From positions 22,684 to 46,683 of the forward strand of contig CALWKF010000002.1 of the NCBI GenBank assembly GCA_944381215.1: a DNA stretch of 24,000 nt. The letters run 5' to 3'. Shown in pieces: positions 1-6,793 of the stretch. A program made the position numbers and the translations under genes. Within the stretch, counting starts at the first letter, position 1. Each line of letters opens with the position of its first letter. The notes under the pieces were generated by a model that worked only from the letters and a program-made list of their open reading frames with translations, made no database searches and was not told where the DNA came from. The DNA comes from an uncultured Clostridia bacterium (GTDB lineage Bacteria; Bacillota; Clostridia; Christensenellales; UBA1242).

Positions 1-744
1 TTTATGATGGCTGTCGTCATGTATTTTATTAGCAACATAATACATAAACTCTTTCGCCTTTGGGCATTCGGCAAAATCGTCGAATGTAATTCCATTTATT
101 GCTCTAGTCTTGTGATTCTTGTAACGCTTCCACGCAGTATTAATTACTGCTTGAATGCAACGTGCCACATTAGATACAGTCGTGTTATTTCGAATTGCCA
201 ATTTCAAGTAGTATTTTTTTACAGCAATATTTGGTATGCACCTATTTAGTAAAATTTCTGTAATACAGTACTCTAAATATCGCCTGCCTCGCGTACCCAT
301 ATTAAAGCCTAGACAGTTAAAAATCTTGTGAAGTATAACATCATAATTTGTGATATTAATGTCAAGATTAGCATCATTTTCATGCATTTTTTCTAAATTT
401 GCTACGATTTTTCTCAAATTTTCCGAAAAATCTGCAATTTTGCAATAAATAAAATTGCTTGGTAAGTTAAGCGGAAAATCTGGAGTAATATTTCCTAACA
501 CCAAAACTATCGGGACCTCAAACATTGATCCAGCTTCAAAAGTACTTAAATACTTTACTCCATTTTTGTAATCTACTAAATTTAAAATCAACATGCTAGG
601 TCTACTTGTTACGACATGACTCACAAGCCTAGAAAAATCAATTTCGTAATCAAGATTTATTTTTTGATTAGCACATATGTTATTAATTTCCCCATAAGAC
701 TGATCGGGATCAGTAACATAATATATAACATTAATTTTGCTCAT
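1..744 (-). CDS. spo0A: Spo0A-like regulator with a degenerate receiver domain and a Spo0A_C-type DNA-binding domain; C-terminus runs off the window start
   Basis: Absent from the ORF track because the frame stays open to base 1. Hand translation from ATG 744 (SD GAGGTG 749-754, 4 nt spacer) gives MSKINVIYYVTDPDQ..PSMLILNLVDYKNG..NFIYCKIADF..GTRGRRYLEYCITEIL..NNTTVSNVARCIQAVINTAWKRY..CPKAKEFMYYVANKIHDDSHHK. The C-terminal half parallels B. subtilis Spo0A motifs recalled from memory (KGYLYLREAI, NTTASRVERAIRHAIEVAW, KPTNSEFIAMVADKL). It lies immediately downstream of spoIVB, the canonical spo0A position. Confidence 0.7.
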   Translation of the reverse strand, partial: MSKINVIYYVTDPDQSYGEINNICANQKINLDYEIDFSRLVSHVVTSRPSMLILNLVDYKNGVKYLSTFEAGSMFEVPIVLVLGNITPDFPLNLPSNFIYCKIADFSENLRKIVANLEKMHENDANLDINITNYDVILHKIFNCLGFNMGTRGRRYLEYCITEILLNRCIPNIAVKKYYLKLAIRNNTTVSNVARCIQAVINTAWKRYKNHKTRAINGITFDDFAECPKAKEFMYYVANKIHDDSHHK

Positions 745-775
745 AATACACCTCGAAAGAATTAATTTCGGGCAT

Positions 776-804
776 ATTGTAACAAATGTTTGTTATTTTG
801 TAAA
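776..804 (-). promoter_or_regulatory. Candidate sigma-A promoter for the spo0A-like gene (TTTACA-17-TACAAT)
   Basis: Minus strand reads TTTACA (804-799), a 17-nt spacer, then TACAAT (781-776), about 30 nt upstream of the ATG. The spacer contains the perfect inverted repeat TAACAAA-CA-TTTGTTA. Confidence 0.45.
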
Positions 805-852
805 CTAATTTTGTGTATTTTTGTAATATTTTTTAAAATATTGAAATAATTT

Positions 853-1998
853 TTAATTATTTATCATATTATCAATATAAATGGCAAAACCTTTTGTGGC
901 ATCATTTACAAAAACATGCGTAACTGCACCGATTAATTTCCCATCTTGGACAATTGGACTCCCGCTCATTCCCTGCACTACTCCACCAGTTGTATCGATT
1001 AATCGCTTGTCCGTTACTTTAAATACCATATTTTTAGGACTTTGAGCACTTTGATAATTTGTTTTGATTATTTCAATATCATATGCCTTTATATTTTTCC
1101 CGTCAATACTGCTATAAATTTGAGCTTTGCCTGGATGCGCTGTCAGCCTGCCACCCACTTCGATTAATTTTTTATCGTTTAATATGTCGCTATCCATATT
1201 AAAATCTCCGAAAATTCCACTTTCTGTATTTTTATCAACGGTCCCCAGGTCAGCTTTTGAACGTACAAACACTCCGCGTAGTTCACCAGGCACACCACGG
1301 ACAGCCTTCTTTACTCCTAAAATAGCGCAATCATGCAATTCACCCTCACTCACCCCTAGCATTGTGCGTGTATTTTGCTCTAAAATTGGGTGCCCGAGCG
1401 CACCAAAACGCCCCGTATCTGGGTCTATGAATGTAAGGGTGCCAATACCGCTCATATTTTCCTTAGTCCACAAGCCTAACTTATATTTACCAGACACGGC
1501 ATCATAAGCTGGCTTGACCTTCATTTCTAAATTTTCACCATTCCGTACAACATTTATCTTTATAAATTGATCAGGATTTTCATTGACAGCTAAAACCAAA
1601 TCTGAGATACTCGTAATTTTTTTGCCATTGACACTTTGAATTATGTCGCCAGCTATTATATCATTTTTAGAGGACGCTTCATTTTTTGCAATAACTAAAA
1701 CTCCATCTCCATGATACGCAAAACCTAATGTATTTCCACCTAAGTAGACCTGTTTCCCAGCTTCAGCACCCACTGAGTGAATTTTTACAGCATTGAATAG
1801 CAAAAAATCCACTTCCTGTGTGTCTTCATTATATTTTGTGGTAACAAGTTCGCTAAAATTGTGCCCTTTTTCTGTGGGACTGCAATAAACTTCATTATCT
1901 ATACTATATATGTCGCCAAACGGCACAACCCAACAAATTACAGCGAATGAAATACAAAGGAATAACGATAAAAAGAAAAAAATTTTACCAAATCGCAT
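853..1998 (-). CDS. spoIVB: SpoIVB signalling serine peptidase (S55) with PDZ domain
   Basis: 381 aa with an N-terminal TM/signal segment. Has a PDZ-like GDIIQSVNGKKI, the catalytic His context FGALGH and the catalytic Ser context GMSGSPI. SD AAGGAG lies 6 nt before the ATG. Flanked by recN and spo0A as in Bacillus. Confidence 0.9.
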   Translation of the reverse strand: MRFGKIFFFLSLFLCISFAVICWVVPFGDIYSIDNEVYCSPTEKGHNFSELVTTKYNEDTQEVDFLLFNAVKIHSVGAEAGKQVYLGGNTLGFAYHGDGVLVIAKNEASSKNDIIAGDIIQSVNGKKITSISDLVLAVNENPDQFIKINVVRNGENLEMKVKPAYDAVSGKYKLGLWTKENMSGIGTLTFIDPDTGRFGALGHPILEQNTRTMLGVSEGELHDCAILGVKKAVRGVPGELRGVFVRSKADLGTVDKNTESGIFGDFNMDSDILNDKKLIEVGGRLTAHPGKAQIYSSIDGKNIKAYDIEIIKTNYQSAQSPKNMVFKVTDKRLIDTTGGVVQGMSGSPIVQDGKLIGAVTHVFVNDATKGFAIYIDNMINN

Positions 1999-2067
1999 TT
2001 TTTACTCCTTGTTAGTAGTGTTTGAAATGGTAAAATTTTTATTCAAATATAGTGGCGGTAAAAATTG

Positions 2068-3756
2068 TTATTTTAAGCCCGCAGAAAATTTTAAAGCATT
2101 GGTTTTCAACTCTTGCGCATGCGCTAAACCAAGTGCAGAGCTATTGTCCCCACCCGCGAGCCTTGCAATTTCGCAAAGTTGGCCATCATAATCAAGTGGT
2201 ACAAGTGTACTATTCGTTTTACCTCCATTTACACATTTTACAATTTGAAAGTGCGAGTCAGCGAAACTAGCAATAGTTGCCAAATGAGTAACCGTTATGA
2301 CCTGAGCATGCTTGCTTAACATTGCCATTTTTTGCCCGACTGCGATGCTAACTACTCCGCTAATACCATTGTCAATTTCATCAAAAATCATGGTGTCAAC
2401 GGACTTTAATTTACCCATTACCACCTTAAAGGCTAGCATAAACCTCGACATCTCACCACCAGAGATGACCTTTACGAGAGGTTTTAATGGTTCACCAGCG
2501 TTCGCTGAAAACATAAATTCGACCGCATCTGCACCATCACTTTGTGGCGTAATTGACGAAAAAGCCACCTCAAAAGTAGCATTTGACATTCCCAGCTCTT
2601 TAAGTTGTGATAAAATCGCCAGTTGAAGTTTTATTGCTCCAGACCGCCTAATATCAGTAATGCATGTACACACTTCATTTATGGAATTTTCTACCTTGTT
2701 TAGAGAGACTGAATATTCACCCAAAAGCGCCTCGGTATCCTCTAGTTCAAGCAGGCGCGATTGACAATTCGCTAAATATTCCAACATTTCTGCAATTGTA
2801 GAGCCATATTTGCGTTTGAAAGACTTAATAAGGTCTAACCTCGTATCGACCTCGCGAAAGTCAAACTCGTTATACTCACACTCATTAAGCTTTTGTTCCA
2901 AAGTATCGGCGATGTCATCGGCCTCAATTTTCATACTATCGAGGCGCGTAACAATTTCCGCAAGTTCAGGGTCATAGGCCTCAACACTACTAACTAACTT
3001 TGTCGCCATGTGTGCATTGTCACAAATACTACCGCTAGGCATAGTCGACAACAATTCGCGAGCCGAAGCAAGAGCCTCGGAAATTCGCTGGGCGTTTTCC
3101 ATGCGTGCCTTTTTGTTAATTAGTTCTTCTTCCTCTCCCAATTGCAAATTCGCATTTTCTAACTCGTGCACCTGATATTCGAGCATTTCACGCTCGCGTT
3201 CACGCGATAACTCATCCCCGCCTAAGCCCTTTATCTTTTCCAGCAAAGCGTGCCTGCTACTAAGCAGTTCGCCCAATTTTTGTTTAACAGACGCGAGATT
3301 TTCACCCAAAAACTTATCTAAAAAACGGATATGAGTATTGCTGTCTAAAAGTGCCTGATGCTCGTGTTGACCATAGATGTCTACAAGGTGAGTAGTTACA
3401 CTTTTAAGCATCGCAAGAGTCGCGGAAACGCCGTTTATACGGATATCATTCCTACCATCAAGGGTTACCTTACGGCTAACAATTAGAGTGTCCTCAGGTT
3501 CGATTCCTAAATCACGAAGAGCAAAAGAAACGGCCTCGTCGTTTACTACATCAAAAACCGCCTCAACTCGCAAACTATCGCACCCCGTACGCACACTCGA
3601 TTTGTCAGCCCTGCCACCTAAAGCCAAATTAATAGCAGAAATTAAAACAGATTTACCAGCACCCGTTTCCCCCGTAATCACATTTAGCCCCGCGCCAAAT
3701 TCAACTTGCATATTCTCAATTAGCGCAAAATTACTAACAGAAATACTTTTTAACAA
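2068..3756 (-). CDS. recN: DNA repair protein RecN
   Basis: 562 aa. N-terminus MLKSISVSNFALIE, Walker A GETGAGKS, long coiled-coil middle, C-terminal SGGEMSRFMLAFK signature and Walker B IFDEID. TTG start with SD GAGGTG. Confidence 0.95.
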   Translation of the reverse strand: MLKSISVSNFALIENMQVEFGAGLNVITGETGAGKSVLISAINLALGGRADKSSVRTGCDSLRVEAVFDVVNDEAVSFALRDLGIEPEDTLIVSRKVTLDGRNDIRINGVSATLAMLKSVTTHLVDIYGQHEHQALLDSNTHIRFLDKFLGENLASVKQKLGELLSSRHALLEKIKGLGGDELSREREREMLEYQVHELENANLQLGEEEELINKKARMENAQRISEALASARELLSTMPSGSICDNAHMATKLVSSVEAYDPELAEIVTRLDSMKIEADDIADTLEQKLNECEYNEFDFREVDTRLDLIKSFKRKYGSTIAEMLEYLANCQSRLLELEDTEALLGEYSVSLNKVENSINEVCTCITDIRRSGAIKLQLAILSQLKELGMSNATFEVAFSSITPQSDGADAVEFMFSANAGEPLKPLVKVISGGEMSRFMLAFKVVMGKLKSVDTMIFDEIDNGISGVVSIAVGQKMAMLSKHAQVITVTHLATIASFADSHFQIVKCVNGGKTNSTLVPLDYDGQLCEIARLAGGDNSSALGLAHAQELKTNALKFSAGLK

Positions 3757-3770
3757 GGCACACCTCGCAC

Positions 3771-3806
3771 ATTTGTTCTAGTTTATTATAGAACAAATGA
3801 ACAAAA
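3771..3806. promoter_or_regulatory. Putative operator: 28-bp palindrome ATTTGTTCTA-N8-TAGAACAAAT plus one extra direct half-site
   Basis: Perfect 10-bp arms at 3771-3780 and 3789-3798. A third copy (t)TTTGTTC lies directly upstream on the minus strand (3806-3799). The element overlaps the recN -10 box and the predicted transcription start. Confidence 0.4.
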
Positions 3807-3813
3807 AACGCAA
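3785..3813 (-). promoter_or_regulatory. Candidate sigma-A promoter of recN (TTGCGT-17-TATAAT)
   Basis: Minus strand reads TTGCGT (3813-3808), a 17-nt spacer, then TATAAT (3790-3785). The -10 box sits inside the palindrome at 3771-3798. Confidence 0.4.
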
Positions 3814-3929
3814 ACAATTTTACATACTTTTTTAAAAATTTTTAGTATGTTAATTATTTGCGCTCATATTATATAAGAATAAATCTTCTTTCTAAATTAA
3901 ATTAGAAAATGATACACCTCTCCTTTTAA

Positions 3930-4703
3930 TTAAACAAAGAATTTTTTTACTAATTTGAGTGCGTTTTTCTCTAGCCTACTAACTTGGGCTTGGCTAATAC
4001 CAATTTCGTCGCTGACTTCGACCTGTGTTTTGCCCATGTAATACCGCATTATGATTATGCGCTTTTCGCGAGGTGCCAAGCTTTCCAAAGCATCTTGAAT
4101 TGACACATTATTGAGCCATTTTTCATCATTTTCAACGGAATCTGCAATATGGTCACCAAGTTCGAGCGCGTCAGGGTCGTCCGAATACATTGGTTCTGAT
4201 AACGACATAGGCTCTGAAATAGCATCCAGTGCGCAAGCCACCTGCCTATAAGGCGTATCAAGGTCGAGAGCGATTTCCTCCAAAGTGGGCTCGCGTTGGA
4301 GTGTAGCCCCCAACCTTTCACGTGATTGCAACGCGCGGTATGCAATATCACGGAGCGACCTGCTAACTCGAATTGCGCTGTTATCACGCAAAAAACGCCT
4401 AATTTCGCCTATAATCATGGGAACGGCATAGGTACTAAACTTCACATTAAGCGTGATATCGAAGTTATCAATCGCCTTAATTAGCCCTACACACCCGACT
4501 TGGAAAAGGTCGTCCATGTTCTCGTGTCGATTGCTAAATCGCTGGACAACGCTTAGAACTAATCGCATATTCCCGTAAATAAATTGCTGTTTTGCATCCT
4601 CGTCCCCTTCCTTAATACGCACCATTAACTCGCTTAATTCGTTAGCCGTAAATTTGGGCAGTGTCGAGGTATCGACACCGCAAATTACCACTTTGTTAGA
4701 CAT
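3930..4703 (-). CDS. sigG: Forespore RNA polymerase sigma factor SigG
   Basis: Close to B. subtilis SigG by eye (ICGVDTS, DDLFQVGCVGLIKAIDNFD, KFSTYAVPMIIGEIRRFLRDN, IRVSRSLRDIAY, GISQAQVSRLEK). Start set at ATG 4703 (MSNKVVICGVDTS) because GGAGG lies 5 nt upstream. The track start at 4751 adds 16 unsupported residues. Confidence 0.9.
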   Translation of the reverse strand: MSNKVVICGVDTSTLPKFTANELSELMVRIKEGDEDAKQQFIYGNMRLVLSVVQRFSNRHENMDDLFQVGCVGLIKAIDNFDITLNVKFSTYAVPMIIGEIRRFLRDNSAIRVSRSLRDIAYRALQSRERLGATLQREPTLEEIALDLDTPYRQVACALDAISEPMSLSEPMYSDDPDALELGDHIADSVENDEKWLNNVSIQDALESLAPREKRIIIMRYYMGKTQVEVSDEIGISQAQVSRLEKNALKLVKKFFV

Positions 4704-4711
4704 ATTTGCCT

Positions 4712-4740
4712 CCGAAAATATCTTCAAGCAATATTTTCGG
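4712..4740 (-). promoter_or_regulatory. Perfect 10-bp stem / 9-nt loop hairpin in the sigE-sigG spacer, abutting the sigG SD
   Basis: Minus-strand RNA reads CCGAAAAUAU-UGCUUGAAG-AUAUUUUCGG, followed directly by AGGcaaauAUG. The last two stem G residues are the first two bases of the GGAGG SD (4713-4709). Confidence 0.55.
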
Positions 4741-4761
4741 CAAGTGGACAAACTTTTATAC
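4732..4761 (-). promoter_or_regulatory. Candidate forespore (sigma-F/G type) promoter of sigG
   Basis: Minus strand reads GTATA (4761-4757), 15 nt, then GCCGAAAATA (4741-4732). Compare the sigma-F consensus as I recall it, GYATA-15-GGnnAnAHTR. There is one mismatch among the specified -10 positions. Confidence 0.35.
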
Positions 4762-4763
4762 CA

Positions 4764-5480
4764 TTAAATCATTTTTGCTATGTCTTTTTTCATTTTATGA
4801 AGTATTTTCTTTTCAATTCGGCTGATATAACTCTGCGAAATATTGAGTAAATCGGCCACTTGTTTTTGCGTCTGCTCCTTTTCACCATTCAGTCCAAAAC
4901 GCATCGACACAATTTGGCGTTCACGGTCATCGAGTTTTTCTAAAACCTTGTAAATTATGTCTTTTTCCATTGAGGTTTCCATTGATTTAAACACCTCGTC
5001 CGCATCGATTCCAATCACATCACCAAGCAACAACTCATTGCCGTCCGAGTCTAACGACAATGGCGAGTCGAGCGAAGTCTCGCGCTTTTGCTTGCTGGCC
5101 TTGCGCAAGTGCATCAAAATCTCGTTTTCTATGCAACGCGAGGCATAAGTAGCCAATTTTATCTTTTTAGTCGAGTTAAAGGTGTTCACAGCCTTTATTA
5201 ACCCAATTGAGCCAACTGAAATAAGGTCTTCAAGGTCTACCCCAGTGTTTTCAAACTTTTTAGAAATATAGACAACGAGTCGAAGGTTGCGCTCAATCAG
5301 CTCCGCCTTTGCTCCCTCATCACCGTTTTCGAGTCTAATGAGGCACTCCTGCTCCTCATCGTTTGTCATGGGGTTCGGCAAGGCCTCATTACTACATAGA
5401 TATAACAACATCTGCTCGCGCGAAATATCGTTTTCTAACCCTAACACCTTTTTAAACAAATTTTTAATAAAATTCAACAT
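4764..5480 (-). CDS. sigE: Pro-sigma-E (mother-cell sigma factor precursor)
   Basis: 238 aa. The pro-sequence plus SEALPNPMTNDEEQ, IERNLRLVVYISKKFENTG and DLISVGSIGLIKAVNTF are near-identical to B. subtilis SigE motifs. GGAGG lies 7 nt before the ATG. Overlaps the spoIIGA stop. Confidence 0.92.
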   Translation of the reverse strand: MLNFIKNLFKKVLGLENDISREQMLLYLCSNEALPNPMTNDEEQECLIRLENGDEGAKAELIERNLRLVVYISKKFENTGVDLEDLISVGSIGLIKAVNTFNSTKKIKLATYASRCIENEILMHLRKASKQKRETSLDSPLSLDSDGNELLLGDVIGIDADEVFKSMETSMEKDIIYKVLEKLDDRERQIVSMRFGLNGEKEQTQKQVADLLNISQSYISRIEKKILHKMKKDIAKMI

Positions 5481-6310
5481 TTTACCGCCTCCAACAAATC
5501 ATTTCCAACAATAGCGTTGCAGTCGCCCAATTTTACCGAACCATACGCAATACCCACACACGCAGGGACTTTTGCGCCGTCAATTATAATTTCGGCATCA
5601 AATACGAGCATTTTGTAGTTACCTCCCAGACTGTTTACTGTGATAGTGTCTACATTCTTTAACCCCAGTCCGTTAGTTTTACCAATAAGTAATGCCATGC
5701 GAGCATGGGTGTCAAACCAATGTCTTAATTCGCGCTCGGGAAGCACGACAATCGGCTTGCCTTCGCGATTTTTTAGGGTGTTCCCAGTATCTACAAAGCC
5801 TCGAATTGTTTTCATTTTGCCCAAAATTTCGATACCTAGTTGAATCGAATTTTCCCAAGCCTTGCGATGTGATAGATATCTAATAAGGCGAAAGCAAATT
5901 GCGCCAAATGCAAGTGCACTGACAAGAATTGTGCCTAATGGGAGCGACGAAACATAGCCTATATACATTGCATCGTAGACTTGGATTCCCATAAAGGTAA
6001 AAATGGCAATCAGCCCGCCTCCAAAAGCAAAAGTATAAAGTGTGAATAGCAGAAATCTAGGCAGAATTCGCCTAAAACTAAAGCACACTATAAAGGACAT
6101 AATAAAGGCCACTAGAAATTTTAGCAAAATTGCGAGTATTCCAGTAACGCTAATTAGCGGAGAAACAACCGCAAATCCAGCGCCGAAAGAACTTGATAAG
6201 ATTATCCCCCACCTGCTAAGAGGCTGGCGCAATGTTTTTAGCGTAAGAGCCAGCAGCAATGCATCGATTAAAAAATTATCGAGCAACACGTATTCCAATA
6301 CAATTTCCAT
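5474..6310 (-). CDS. spoIIGA: Sigma-E processing peptidase SpoIIGA (membrane aspartic protease)
   Basis: 278 aa. Five or so N-terminal TM helices, then the C-terminal protease domain with the GFVDTGNTL (DTG) motif. Located immediately upstream of sigE. Confidence 0.88.
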   Translation of the reverse strand: MEIVLEYVLLDNFLIDALLLALTLKTLRQPLSRWGIILSSSFGAGFAVVSPLISVTGILAILLKFLVAFIMSFIVCFSFRRILPRFLLFTLYTFAFGGGLIAIFTFMGIQVYDAMYIGYVSSLPLGTILVSALAFGAICFRLIRYLSHRKAWENSIQLGIEILGKMKTIRGFVDTGNTLKNREGKPIVVLPERELRHWFDTHARMALLIGKTNGLGLKNVDTITVNSLGGNYKMLVFDAEIIIDGAKVPACVGIAYGSVKLGDCNAIVGNDLLEAVKC

Positions 6311-6423
6311 AAACTTTTCCCCTACATTCTATTTTAGCGCATTTTACTAAAAAGAGGGGTTAAAAATAAAAGATATATTACACGAATGGTGAAATATATC
6401 TCGTAAATTTGTCGTTTTTAAAA

Positions 6424-6469
6424 AAAATCAAAAAAGACTCCTTAACTATTTTAGTTAAAGAGTCTTTTT
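6424..6469 (-). terminator. Rho-independent terminator (bidirectional geometry) ending the 77-aa ORF unit, upstream of spoIIGA
   Basis: 14-bp stem at 6435-6448 / 6452-6465 with one mismatch. On the minus strand it is followed by UUUUUUGAUUUUUUU. Confidence 0.75.
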
Positions 6470-6491
6470 GTGATTTCAAAATTAATTGCAA

Positions 6492-6725
6492 TTACTGAAT
6501 AATCATTACTACCAATGCTACCACGATAAAAATTAGACCAATAACCTTGGTAGTAATTAAAATTGTATCGTCGTTAGGCACTTTATCAGCCTTGCGAGCA
6601 GCACAAGCAATACGGCGTGCTAAAAACGCAACGGCGATACCAATCGCACAAAGCACGATACCAATAATAACATTCGCCTGTGATAGTCTCTCAACCAAAG
6701 AAACTAACAATAATGCAGTAGTCAT
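6492..6725 (-). CDS. Small hydrophobic membrane protein (77 aa, 2-3 TM), function unknown
   Basis: MTTALLLVSLVERLSQANVIIGIVLCAIGIAVAFLARRIACAARKADKVPNDDTILITTKVIGLIFIVVALVVMIIQ. Start placed at ATG 6725 (AAGGGG upstream) because the promoter at 6758-6786 lies inside the longer track ORF. Confidence 0.55.
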   Translation of the reverse strand: MTTALLLVSLVERLSQANVIIGIVLCAIGIAVAFLARRIACAARKADKVPNDDTILITTKVIGLIFIVVALVVMIIQ

Positions 6726-6757
6726 ATTATATATACCCCTTTTTATTCTGTCGTTAT

Positions 6758-6786
6758 ATTGTAACACTAAATTTGAATTTTGTCAA
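6758..6786 (-). promoter_or_regulatory. Near-consensus sigma-A promoter (TTGACA-17-TACAAT) for the 77-aa ORF
   Basis: Minus strand reads TTGACA (6786-6781), exactly 17 nt, then TACAAT (6763-6758). It sits just after the pgsA stop. Confidence 0.6.
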
Positions 6787-6793
6787 TATACAA

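Noticed and set aside
4-249. 81-aa plus-strand track ORF at the window start
   Set aside because: It lies antisense to the well-supported Spo0A_C-coding frame, has no SD and has an odd composition. It is a by-product of the open minus frame.
3791-3802. Possible LexA Cheo box GAAC-AAAT-GAAC upstream of recN
   Set aside because: The right half is GAAC, not GTTC, giving two mismatches in the most conserved positions. It is not a canonical GAAC-N4-GTTC site and is reported instead as part of a different repeat architecture.
3915-3927. Strong orphan SD-like AAAAGGAGAGGTG just after the sigG stop (minus strand)
   Set aside because: No usable ORF follows: the GTG gives 6 codons and there is no ATG. 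It may be a remnant or part of a weak AT-rich 3' structure, so it is not called as a gene.
4055-4387. 110-aa minus-strand ORF inside sigG in another frame
   Set aside because: It is fully nested in the strongly conserved sigG frame and has no independent signals.
6311-6423. Spo0A boxes and the spoIIG-type promoter upstream of spoIIGA
   Set aside because: Only 5/7 matches to the 0A box were found (AACGACA, TTCGTGT on the minus strand). There is no convincing -35/-10 pair at either 17- or 22-bp spacing. Because the local Spo0A recognition helix is divergent, the canonical motif may not apply.
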